DNA from: an uncultured Rhodospirillaceae bacterium
GTDB taxonomy: Bacteria; Pseudomonadota; Alphaproteobacteria; CAAGCB01; CAG-977
DNA: 64,000 nt
Assembly: GCA_900550445.1 (NCBI GenBank)
Contig: URSF01000008.1
Location: forward strand, 787-64,786
Reading direction: 5' to 3'
Shown: positions 28,312 to 37,097 of the stretch, piece after piece
How positions within the stretch are numbered: the stretch's first letter is position 1
Layout of the letters: each line of letters starts with the position of its first letter
Made by a program: the position numbers and the translations under genes
Notes under the pieces: generated by a model
What the model was told of the DNA's origin: nothing
Database searches by the model: none
Seen by the model: the letters and a program-made list of their open reading frames with translations, nothing else

Positions 28312-28905
28312 TCACCCAATCGACTGCAAGGCCTGAATAATGTTTTTCGGATTTGACCGGTAGTAACCGGATAAGGTACTAACCGACGAATGTCCGGATA
28401 TCTGCTGAATTAAAGGCAACGGGTATCCGGCATCCATCAGTCGGGTCAACACGGTCGCTCTTAAACTATGGCACCGATACTGGTTATCAAGTCCGACCGC
28501 ATCAAACACCTGCCTGAACATATAGATGATCTGTTGCTTCGACAGAAAGCCGCCTTTGTTTGACCGAAACAGATAGTCATCAGAGCTAACCGACGGATTT
28601 AAACCCGAAAGGTATTTCGAATACCGTTTCAGCTCTTTGCGCAGTCGGTCGTTTATATAAACCTGTAACGACTTCTTGTGCCCCTTGTTTTGTTCGGGTT
28701 GTAACAAGAAACTGTCACGCGGCACCCAACCCTCATCATAAACTTGACCGATGGTCAGCTTCTGAACCGAGTGCACCCGTAAAGCTGTGTTCAACATAAA
28801 CTCAAACATCGCTCGATTGCGTTCACCGTTCGGCATGTCGTCAATACACCGTAAACAGTTTTTGATGTCGATTTCAGTTAACAATTTTGCTTTACCCCGT
28901 TTCAT
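28312..28905 (-). CDS. short (catalytic-domain-only) tyrosine recombinase
   Basis: 197 aa from the ATG at 28905 (SD GGGAGG). Motifs: NTALRVHSV (Arg I), HSLRATVLT (HxxR), GHSSVSTLSGYY (H...Y). There is no N-terminal core-binding domain, and the size is that of FimB/FimE. Confidence 0.8.
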   Translation of the reverse strand: MKRGKAKLLTEIDIKNCLRCIDDMPNGERNRAMFEFMLNTALRVHSVQKLTIGQVYDEGWVPRDSFLLQPEQNKGHKKSLQVYINDRLRKELKRYSKYLSGLNPSVSSDDYLFRSNKGGFLSKQQIIYMFRQVFDAVGLDNQYRCHSLRATVLTRLMDAGYPLPLIQQISGHSSVSTLSGYYRSNPKNIIQALQSIG

Positions 28906-29010
28906 GGCGTTACCTCCCAAAAATCTTCATTAAAGTAAAAATCCTTTATGTTAATGAATATGTCGTTTTTTACCCCTGTTTTTGTTGTTTTTAAAAACCG
29001 CAGGATTCTG

Positions 29011-29055
29011 CGAAAAAATAAAAAAATCTGAATTAATGTGTATTAATTCAGATTT
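29011..29055 (-). terminator. intrinsic terminator of the 29043-29934 operon
   Basis: 14-bp perfect stem AAATCTGAATTAAT/ATTAATTCAGATTT (29024-29055) followed on the minus strand by a T-rich run. It includes the stop codon. Confidence 0.7.
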
Positions 29056-29576
29056 CGTAATCGCAAATAATAGATGCCGTCCGTTCGAAGCGTGTATCTT
29101 GTCCGATAACCGACAGAAACTTCCTTTAACGGCAAACTCGCCATGTGAGCACTGTCGATCAGCTTTATCCGTTCCGCCTCAATTCGGTCGAATGCCGAAT
29201 AATGGTCAAGCGCATTTGAAAAAAATCGGACAATGACCCCGTTGTTGCAACTGCGTTCGTGTTCCATATCAAAAAGTACGGTTTCAAAGTCGGGTGTTTT
29301 GTGTCGGTACGGTCGCATCACTTCGATTTGCTTGTCGTATACGTCATGAAGAACTTTATTTAACCGACGCGCAAGCTTCATTACCTCTTTGTGTTCGGCT
29401 CCGTTCAGCATCAGATCCTTCAAATCAGCCGAAGACAGGTTTTCAATAATATCGTCCGCAACAGCCTGCGTTTGCAAGCGGGTTAATTTAAATCCCGTTG
29501 ACCGAACCGCGTTAATCAAAGCATACAGGGAGCAAAGCCGGTCAAGCTCCCCTTGTTTATATGGCCTAATATTCAT
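29043..29576 (-). CDS. hypothetical protein, possible papain-fold Cys peptidase-like
   Basis: 177 aa. N-terminal GELDRLCSLYALINAV (candidate nucleophile Cys) and later LDHYSAF (candidate His). 11-nt overlap with the upstream DUF3768 gene. Confidence 0.55.
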   Translation of the reverse strand: MNIRPYKQGELDRLCSLYALINAVRSTGFKLTRLQTQAVADDIIENLSSADLKDLMLNGAEHKEVMKLARRLNKVLHDVYDKQIEVMRPYRHKTPDFETVLFDMEHERSCNNGVIVRFFSNALDHYSAFDRIEAERIKLIDSAHMASLPLKEVSVGYRTRYTLRTDGIYYLRLRNLN

Positions 29577-29919
29577 CAGCCCTCATCACCGTTAAAACAC
29601 GACGGGTAACAGTTTCATCACTGGGATCGGGAGACAAACATTCCAGATCAATATCGTAGTAATCAATCTTCCAAAAATAAGCCGTACCATTCAGGTCAAT
29701 TTTACCGAAGTCGTGTTCACCGTACGGGTCGTTGTTACCGTTAAACTCATTAAAGGTACGGACAAGGTTCATTAAAGTTATCAGCTCCGATTGAGGCAAA
29801 CTTGATACCCCTGAGGTCATGAATACTTGTCCGCCGATAAACGTTCGTCTGAACCGGTCGTTTAATACCTGTATTTTTAAGGTTTTTTCGTCAAAATGAC
29901 GTTTATTTTCATGGCTCAT
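29566..29919 (-). CDS. DUF3768-like protein
   Basis: ~117 aa from the ATG at 29919 (the ORF track starts at GTG 29934). The block NDPYGEHDFGKIDLNGTAYFWKIDYYD...DPSDETVTRRVLTVMRADEY matches my recollection of DUF3768. Confidence 0.65.
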   Translation of the reverse strand: MSHENKRHFDEKTLKIQVLNDRFRRTFIGGQVFMTSGVSSLPQSELITLMNLVRTFNEFNGNNDPYGEHDFGKIDLNGTAYFWKIDYYDIDLECLSPDPSDETVTRRVLTVMRADEY

Positions 29920-30007
29920 AACTTTAACCCCCACCCCTTAAAAAACGCACAAAAGTATCCTGCCGCCAAGAAGCGGTTAAACAGTTTCAAATTGTGCGAG
30001 ATTGCTC

Positions 30008-30048
30008 AAAAAAAAATACCTACCACCGTTTTTTCGATGGTAGGTATA
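30008..30048 (-). terminator. intrinsic terminator of the 30113-30964 operon
   Basis: ATACCTACCA/TGGTAGGTAT 10-bp stem (30016-30048) followed on the minus strand by T8. Confidence 0.65.
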
Positions 30049-30112
30049 GTATACAAAAAACAGGTCAAATTGTCAAATTATTGCCGTTTTTCAATATGTT
30101 AGTCGTTTCCGC

Positions 30113-30613
30113 CTAAGCTGTTTTCGCCAGATTAAATAATCGATATAAAGCCGTATCTTTTTTCAAACGAACCGTCTCCGGAAATTCGTCATAGTTCAAA
30201 CTGTCGGTCAACAACCCGATGGTACTGATCGATTGTTCCCAGTGCAGGGCAACAAACTCGTCTTGGGGGTGCAGATAGCCTCCGATTATAAATGAGTTAA
30301 ACTCCTCTGAATAGCTCATGCCAAAAATGTACAGGGTTTCCTTTCCTTTTCTTTGCACCCAGTATTCGGATCGTTCCCAGAGCTTATACAGATTGTTCAC
30401 AGAAAGAATAACCTGTTCATCGTTGTTCTCTATTCCGATACCGTCGATAAACGTGTTGGGCGGATAAACGGGAATACCTTTTAAATACTTCGGAAAGTCT
30501 TCAATCACTTTACGAAGCTTGTCTTTATCAACATTTTGAAAAGCGTAATCCCTGTCTTCCGGGCTTAGGATATAAGAGCGGAGCTGCTCTTTCATTGTCT
30601 TATTCTTTTTCAT
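30113..30613 (-). CDS. hypothetical protein
   Basis: 166-aa ORF, 3-nt gap from the upstream gene. No family recognised with confidence. Confidence 0.55.
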   Translation of the reverse strand: MKKNKTMKEQLRSYILSPEDRDYAFQNVDKDKLRKVIEDFPKYLKGIPVYPPNTFIDGIGIENNDEQVILSVNNLYKLWERSEYWVQRKGKETLYIFGMSYSEEFNSFIIGGYLHPQDEFVALHWEQSISTIGLLTDSLNYDEFPETVRLKKDTALYRLFNLAKTA

Positions 30614-30616
30614 GGG

Positions 30617-30964
30617 CTATTTCCTCCTGTTTCGACGGACGGTGTTTCGTTTTCTTTCCTGTCGCTCCTGATAGTAGCTTGAGCTTTCATAAGTGGCACG
30701 TCTGAGCCATCTAGACGCCCTCAGCATTTCTGAAATCGGTGCCGTCGCAACATTAAAAATGCCCTTTATTTCATAGAAAATATCGTAAAGACTTTCAGGC
30801 AGTTTGGGCAGGTAATATCCTTTCTGATATGCCCATTGGTATCGGATAAGATATTTTCTCAGTTCTTGCTGATTGTATGTGTGGTGCGGCCGTTTATTTT
30901 TACCGGTAATACCGCACTGACCGTAGCCGACATAGCTGTAGTTATTGAATTTTTTTCTATACAT
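30617..30964 (-). CDS. hypothetical protein with a basic C-terminal tail
   Basis: 115-aa ORF. The tail is QERQERKRNTVRRNRRK. No family recognised. Confidence 0.5.
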   Translation of the reverse strand: MYRKKFNNYSYVGYGQCGITGKNKRPHHTYNQQELRKYLIRYQWAYQKGYYLPKLPESLYDIFYEIKGIFNVATAPISEMLRASRWLRRATYESSSYYQERQERKRNTVRRNRRK

Positions 30965-31067
30965 GTTTTACCTCGCGAGTAAAAAATAACCACCCGACAA
31001 CCGTGTGGTTTTCATGTATAAAATTATTCAATTACCAAAATGAGGGGGCTTACTCTTTTAAAAACAA

Positions 31068-31733
31068 TCAATAACAGAGAAGTTTCTTTTCGAACTTTGC
31101 TTTAATTTCTTTCCAGTTCGGCATTTTCGAAGACAGGAGCCTGTAAAAATCTTCATCATGCCGCGGATAAAAGGTATGGCAAAGTTCGTGAATAATAACG
31201 TAATCAATCGCTTGCTTACTCGCTTTAATCAGATCGGGATTCAAAACGATTTCGTGTCGTTTCAAGTAACTGCCCCAACGCTTTTTCAGGCGTCTGATCT
31301 TTAATTCGGGCGGCGACAAATTCGGAAAAGACTTTAAACATTCCGTCAGCCGTTGTGTGAAAACGACTTTTGCCCGCGACAAAAGCCAACGTTGAAAATC
31401 GGCCGTGATTTCATCGGATTTTTGTGGCGCTGAGGATAAAATATACAACCTGTTTTTCGTTATTTTAACGCGGTTTTTATAAGCAGCTTTTTCGATAATG
31501 ACCTGATATTGACGCCCCAGATACAAGACGGAAGATCCTGAAAGAAATTCCGTCGGTTCTTTTCTGTTGAACTGTTGAAAATATTTTTTTTGCTTTTCGA
31601 TCCATGCTTCTTTGCGTTTAATGAACGCGTTAATCTGTGTATCGCTTGCCTCTGTCGGTGCTTTTATCACAACGGACAGATCGGGATGAACTTCTGCCGC
31701 AATCGATTTTCGAAGTTCCCTTATAATATTCAT
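31068..31733 (-). CDS. DUF45/YgjP-type zinc metallopeptidase (M48-like)
   Basis: 221 aa. HExxH in VIIHELCHTFYPRHDEDF. 1-nt overlap with hsdR. This family is commonly found next to hsdR. Confidence 0.85.
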   Translation of the reverse strand: MNIIRELRKSIAAEVHPDLSVVIKAPTEASDTQINAFIKRKEAWIEKQKKYFQQFNRKEPTEFLSGSSVLYLGRQYQVIIEKAAYKNRVKITKNRLYILSSAPQKSDEITADFQRWLLSRAKVVFTQRLTECLKSFPNLSPPELKIRRLKKRWGSYLKRHEIVLNPDLIKASKQAIDYVIIHELCHTFYPRHDEDFYRLLSSKMPNWKEIKAKFEKKLLCY

Positions 31734-34700
31734 CAGAGCATATCCTTGTTCTGCACCGCAAGATTCCAGGCTGTTTGCGCAATTTGTTCCACGGTATCGG
31801 CGTTTAATTTTTCTTCGACCTCGTCAAACAAATAGTCTTCAATATCATTGATTACATTGCGTCGGACGCTTAAATCGTTTTGAAAATCAACGATTTTACG
31901 ACTTTGGATAATATGGACGATTTTAGAAATGATCGCATTGTACGTTTCGTCCGGCACATTTAGAAATGGCTTGATGTTGCGATAAAAGGGGTGAAAGGTC
32001 TTTGTGGTTCTGAACATTTCGGGAATATCCGAATCCGTATAATCCTCTACGGCCTGCTGATACGCCTTGGCTTGATTAAGCAGAGCCTTCAAGTCTTCTT
32101 GTTTCGCTGTTTTCAAATCGGAAAGAAGTTTTTCGATCAGATCGCTGAATTTTTTATAAAAGATCTCGTCCTGTCCCCATTTTTCCCGAATGACCTTTTT
32201 TGTCTGAGCCAAGATCGCATCAGCTTTTGATCTGTCCGACAAACCGTTTTTCTGATCTTCGATATAACGGTTAAACTCCTGCATATCGGACAGGCTGATT
32301 TCTTTGGACAGGATTTCTGCCTCGCCCGCGTTGACATATTTATCCAGCAGTTTGATAATCTGATCTTTGTATTTTGAAAAGTCGACCGTTTGCGCGCATG
32401 CCAGTTGGGTTGTTTTTTTGATTTCGATATATTTTTTCAAAGTAAAACGGTATCGTTCCAACGTATCAGCGTCGACTTTATCGTAAAAATCGTACAAAGA
32501 CGTGCAGACGGAAAACTGATTGATACAAGCATTCACGTCTTCATAAAAAGCCTCGCGAATTCGTTCGTCGTTTTTCAACAACATAACGTAGGCGTCCGTA
32601 TTATTCTTATCTGTGACGGGGGAAAAAGCGGCATCCAAGCGATCAAAGATATTTTTTAATAATTCGATTTGACTGTCCGTGTCCAGCAGAGCGTTTTCAA
32701 TATCTTTTGGATCGAAATTTGAAAACAGTTCAAGGGCGTTTTTCAGATTTTTCGCGTTTTTGGAATAATCGATGATCAGTCCGGCTTTTTTGCATTGTTT
32801 GCCCGCATCACCGTTAAAGACGCGGTTGACACGTGCGATTGCTTGCAACAGATTATGATCCTTTAGCTGTTTTGCCAAATACAACACCGTGTCGCGCGGT
32901 GCATCGAAACCGGTCAAAAGTTTGTCTACGACGATCAAGAGTTCGCATCCTTCAGGATTCTTTTTATAGTCCCGAATGATTTGTTTTTCGCGCGTTTCCA
33001 AAGATCCGTATTTGTGTTTTTGTTCAGAAAGGTAGTCCGTAACGACTTTTTTATGATCGGCAAGAGCATCGTCAGCGCCATCTTCCGCAGGCGAGTCCGA
33101 AATTACGACTTCACAACGCAAATCCCCCAACATTTCAAACGCTTTTTTGAACATAACGGCGGCATATTTACTGGGCGCGACAAGCTGACCTTTCAGCCCC
33201 GTATCTCTGAAATTTTCCATAAAATGATCAAACACATCCAAAGCAATCATTTCTATGCGTTGCGCCGTTTCTTCCAATACGGATGCCGATACGCATTTTT
33301 TATTGAAATCTGCGCGTTGCTCCGGCGTCATTTTATCGAATATGCGTTCGTAAAATTTATCGGCGTTCGGGTTGACCGTCTGTTCAACAAAGCGCCCCTG
33401 ATAGATCAAAGGCAAAACGGCTCCGTCGGCTTCTGCTTCCGAAATCGTATATTCGTCAATCAATCCGCCAAATTTGTTGATGGATTGAGATTTAGTCAGG
33501 AAGCCGTCTTTTGTCTTTATCTTTTTCATCAACGGCGTGCCGGTAAACGCGATCTGACATGCACGAGGGAGGATTTGGTTCATCATGCCGTTGGCATCAC
33601 CGCCCTGAGTACGATGCGCTTCGTCAATCAAAACGAACAGGTTTTCATCGTTGTCGGTAAAATCCGTTTTCTGGTCGAACTTATGCACCAACGTTGTAAT
33701 GACGTCCGACGTTTTTGACCGTATTTTTTCGATCAGGTCGTTGCAGGACGTCGCCTGCTGAACGCCTTTTTTGATGTTGCACGCGGCGAAAGTATCACGA
33801 ATTTGCACGTCAAGATCACGGCGATCGGTTACGACGATAATGCGCGGATTTTTAACGGTTTCGATCAGGTTTTTAACCAACATCACCATCGTTAGCGATT
33901 TTCCCGATCCCTGCGTGTGCCAGATCAGTCCTCCGTGGCGTTTGCCGTTTTCGTCGCGTTCTTTAACGCGTTTTATTGTTTTTTTTATGGCGAAGAACTG
34001 CTGATATCGTGCGATTTTTTTGACGCCGTTATCGTAGACGATAAAGTTTTTCACAAGCTCAATCAATCGTTCGGGACGCAGAATGCTAAAGATGCCGCGA
34101 TCCTGTTGTGTCGGCGTTTCCTTTGGTTTTTGCAAATAAGCCCCGCGTAACAGGTCGGCGCCGATCTGTTTGACAATGTCAGGGTCTACGGGACGATTGA
34201 CGCTGTCAAGCACTGCGGCGGTAAATGAATCGTCCGCCCCCCGTTCTTTCCAATGCGAATAAAATTCGAACGGCGTCAACATCGTTCCATATCTGATTTG
34301 ACTGATGTTCGAACAGACTAACAGCTGAGGGAACAAAAAGAATTTAGGTGTTTGCCCCTGTTTTTGATTGCGAACCATCTGATAAACCGCTTCGTCCACG
34401 GAAACGGAGGCTTTTTTGTTTTCGATAACGGCAAAGGGAATACCGTTGACAAACAGGACGATATCGGGGCGACGATTACGATCTTCCGAAATTTCAAATT
34501 CCGCAACGACGTGATAAGTATTTTTCGTCGGATCGTCCCAGTTGATAAAGCGCATTTGGGGCGAAGTTTTTTTCCCGTTTAACAGTTCAGACACGGCTTT
34601 TCCGCTTAAAAGGTCGGAAAATATATTTTCCGATGCGGCGATCATACCGTCGTCAAGCCGAACTTTTTCCAAAGAAAAAATCGCTTCGCGAATGCTTTTG

Positions 34701-34894
34701 TCGGAAATGGTTTCATCGTTGATTGCGCGGACGGCGTTAAACGCGATATCGCGCAGGATATACTGATTTTTGCCGTCGCGTAATTCGTTGACCTTGTGGC
34801 GCGGGATATAGCGATAGCCCAGATTGATCAGCTGAAGCAAAGCGGGAATCTGCGACGAAGACGCTTCGTCAAAATCGGGAAGTGAGAAAGTCAT
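31733..34894 (-). CDS. hsdR: type I restriction endonuclease subunit R
   Basis: 1053 aa. N-terminal nuclease region, SF2 motor with HTQGSGKS (motif I) and LIDEAHRTQGG (DEAH), and a helical C-terminal domain. Confidence 0.95.
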   Translation of the reverse strand: MTFSLPDFDEASSSQIPALLQLINLGYRYIPRHKVNELRDGKNQYILRDIAFNAVRAINDETISDKSIREAIFSLEKVRLDDGMIAASENIFSDLLSGKAVSELLNGKKTSPQMRFINWDDPTKNTYHVVAEFEISEDRNRRPDIVLFVNGIPFAVIENKKASVSVDEAVYQMVRNQKQGQTPKFFLFPQLLVCSNISQIRYGTMLTPFEFYSHWKERGADDSFTAAVLDSVNRPVDPDIVKQIGADLLRGAYLQKPKETPTQQDRGIFSILRPERLIELVKNFIVYDNGVKKIARYQQFFAIKKTIKRVKERDENGKRHGGLIWHTQGSGKSLTMVMLVKNLIETVKNPRIIVVTDRRDLDVQIRDTFAACNIKKGVQQATSCNDLIEKIRSKTSDVITTLVHKFDQKTDFTDNDENLFVLIDEAHRTQGGDANGMMNQILPRACQIAFTGTPLMKKIKTKDGFLTKSQSINKFGGLIDEYTISEAEADGAVLPLIYQGRFVEQTVNPNADKFYERIFDKMTPEQRADFNKKCVSASVLEETAQRIEMIALDVFDHFMENFRDTGLKGQLVAPSKYAAVMFKKAFEMLGDLRCEVVISDSPAEDGADDALADHKKVVTDYLSEQKHKYGSLETREKQIIRDYKKNPEGCELLIVVDKLLTGFDAPRDTVLYLAKQLKDHNLLQAIARVNRVFNGDAGKQCKKAGLIIDYSKNAKNLKNALELFSNFDPKDIENALLDTDSQIELLKNIFDRLDAAFSPVTDKNNTDAYVMLLKNDERIREAFYEDVNACINQFSVCTSLYDFYDKVDADTLERYRFTLKKYIEIKKTTQLACAQTVDFSKYKDQIIKLLDKYVNAGEAEILSKEISLSDMQEFNRYIEDQKNGLSDRSKADAILAQTKKVIREKWGQDEIFYKKFSDLIEKLLSDLKTAKQEDLKALLNQAKAYQQAVEDYTDSDIPEMFRTTKTFHPFYRNIKPFLNVPDETYNAIISKIVHIIQSRKIVDFQNDLSVRRNVINDIEDYLFDEVEEKLNADTVEQIAQTAWNLAVQNKDML

Positions 34895-34921
34895 GACCGC
34901 TTTTCCTTTCGTTACATAAAA

Positions 34922-35881
34922 TTAAATTAAATCATAATTTCGCGTTATATAGGGCTTTGTTTCAGCTATATCATAAAGATTATCGATAATTTTCCCATTT
35001 TGAAAATGGAAGGGAACCGTAAAGGCGCCGGAATAAGAACGCTTTCCTTCAATGACGGGAATATAAAAATCATTTGTGTTTTCTATTCTATAATCAAGGG
35101 AACTTCTTGCTAATTGGGAACAGGTATCAATTTCGTTATATAAAGACATGGGGGAATAACGTACGGCAAACAGAATTAACTTAGCGGCGATTGCATTGAG
35201 GCAATTTTCAAGCGTTGCCAGATGAAAAACCTTATTTCCTTTGTGCTTTAAATTGTTATAAGCATCGTACCAAGGTATTGATTTAGTCGGTTCTTTTGCA
35301 TTCCAATTTTCAAAGGGGCAACATTTAAACGGGTTGGCATACCCGACTAATGATATTTTATATTTAGTTAAATCAACTAAATCCAATAATTTAACATAGT
35401 CAGATGTTCTTTCATTTTTTCCTAAATTATACAGTTTAAAGCTGTTTTCAATTTCCGTACAGGAAAGAATGAGTAATTCTTTTATCTTATGGCTATACGT
35501 TCTTAATCCTTCTGCGGAAGGTTCTACATAAAGCAATATCTCTTGTAATTTTTGGATAAGAATTCCTAAATCCCGCTTTGCTCTGCACAGCTCGACAGTA
35601 GTAAAAGCCAACTCATCTTGGATTTTGACATTTAAAAACGGTTTCCAGATATGTTTGTTTTTTATACCTATATCCATTCTTTCTTTTTTTATTATTTCAT
35701 ATTCAAAATAATTTTTTATAACATCTTCTATGTCATGCGAGTTATCAAAAATAGTCGTGTTTATTATCTGCGGAGCAAAATCATATTTATCAATTTGTAA
35801 AAAAACATTTTGCCGTTTTTCATTTTCATATGCGATTAAGCGATACTTTTCTTTTTTAGAAAAATAAACATCTGTTTTCAT
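34922..35881 (-). CDS. hypothetical protein inserted between hsdS and hsdR
   Basis: 319-aa ORF in strongly AT-rich DNA. 1-nt gap from hsdS and 27 nt from hsdR. No P-loop. Conserved-looking block IPWYDAYNNLKHKG...ATLENCLNAIAA. Confidence 0.65.
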   Translation of the reverse strand: MKTDVYFSKKEKYRLIAYENEKRQNVFLQIDKYDFAPQIINTTIFDNSHDIEDVIKNYFEYEIIKKERMDIGIKNKHIWKPFLNVKIQDELAFTTVELCRAKRDLGILIQKLQEILLYVEPSAEGLRTYSHKIKELLILSCTEIENSFKLYNLGKNERTSDYVKLLDLVDLTKYKISLVGYANPFKCCPFENWNAKEPTKSIPWYDAYNNLKHKGNKVFHLATLENCLNAIAAKLILFAVRYSPMSLYNEIDTCSQLARSSLDYRIENTNDFYIPVIEGKRSYSGAFTVPFHFQNGKIIDNLYDIAETKPYITRNYDLI

Positions 35882-35882
35882 T

Positions 35883-37097
35883 TTAATTCACTTTCACTCG
35901 GATTTTCCCGGTCAGAAGTTTTTGCATCAGGGCTTTTTTTTCCAGTTTAAAAGCCTCCAGTTTTTTGTTTAACAGTTCGATTTCTTCATCGGCTTTGGAA
36001 AGAATGTCCGCGATAGCCTTTTGCTCTTCCTGGCAAGGGCATTGAATAGGCAAAGATTTAATAATTTCTGCAGATAAATTTCCTTGCCCACCCTGTAAAT
36101 ATTTTCTTAAAATATTTTTCTTTTTATTTTGCAATAGGCAGCATAAAAAATATGAACCTATATATTGGCTGCGAATACATAAAATTGCCTGATTAATTGC
36201 ACCATCTATTTTTGAAATATTTACTTCTCCACTTGTTGCCCCATATAATGCATATAGCACATCTCCTTTGGATACTAATTTTGCAGATGAGCTTTCTAAC
36301 GCTTTGTTTGTAATAAAAAGTTCAGTCCTACCCAAATGTATTTCACCTGAACGAATAAAGGGGATGTTTCCTCCATAATATGTCTGATTTTTTACAGACG
36401 GAGTGCCCCCCGAAAAAGTTTTACAAACATCCCCCAACTTAACTTCGTACCAAGGGGTGGAGAAGCCTTTGAGGCGGTGTTTGCCGGTAAGGAGCTGTTG
36501 CATCAAGGCTTTTTTCTGAATTTTCTTTTTTTCAATCAACGCCGACAATTTTTCAATGCCTTCATCCCAACAGCTTAAAATCTCCGCAATCTTCTCTTGC
36601 TCTGCTAATGGGGGAAGAAGAATTGGAAGTAAGGAATATTCTTCAGAGTTTATACCTGGCTGACCACTTCTCATTGAATAAACCTTTACCCAATTCCAAT
36701 ATTTTTGCGTGTGGCTATACAGAAAAAGAAAGTATGGATTTATTTTGTTTTCATCTAAGATAAATCTTATTAAGTATCCTGCAAAAGCTATTTTTTCATT
36801 TGTAATACCATGCAAATATGTTTTCCCGACTGTAGCTCCAGTCCTTGCAAATAAAAGATTATTTTTAGAAAGTAATTTTTCTAATTTATAGTATTTAACA
36901 GACACTCGACCTTCGCTAATATATTTACCATCTTCTGAAATATCTGTTATTCTTAAATATAAGGGGAGATCTCTATTAAATGGGACGGCAGATTCATTTA
37001 GACCATAATCCGGACTATTTAAGCAAAGCTCTCCCAGCTTTTTAACACTCCACCCCTCAGGAATCTTCTGATCAATCTTTGTCATTAGCTTTAACAT
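35883..37097 (-). CDS. hsdS: type I R-M specificity subunit, two TRDs
   Basis: 404 aa. The two conserved helical spacers are IQKKALMQQLLTGKHRLKG and LEKKALMQKLLTGKIRVK, with two variable TRDs. Confidence 0.9.
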   Translation of the reverse strand: MLKLMTKIDQKIPEGWSVKKLGELCLNSPDYGLNESAVPFNRDLPLYLRITDISEDGKYISEGRVSVKYYKLEKLLSKNNLLFARTGATVGKTYLHGITNEKIAFAGYLIRFILDENKINPYFLFLYSHTQKYWNWVKVYSMRSGQPGINSEEYSLLPILLPPLAEQEKIAEILSCWDEGIEKLSALIEKKKIQKKALMQQLLTGKHRLKGFSTPWYEVKLGDVCKTFSGGTPSVKNQTYYGGNIPFIRSGEIHLGRTELFITNKALESSSAKLVSKGDVLYALYGATSGEVNISKIDGAINQAILCIRSQYIGSYFLCCLLQNKKKNILRKYLQGGQGNLSAEIIKSLPIQCPCQEEQKAIADILSKADEEIELLNKKLEAFKLEKKALMQKLLTGKIRVKVN

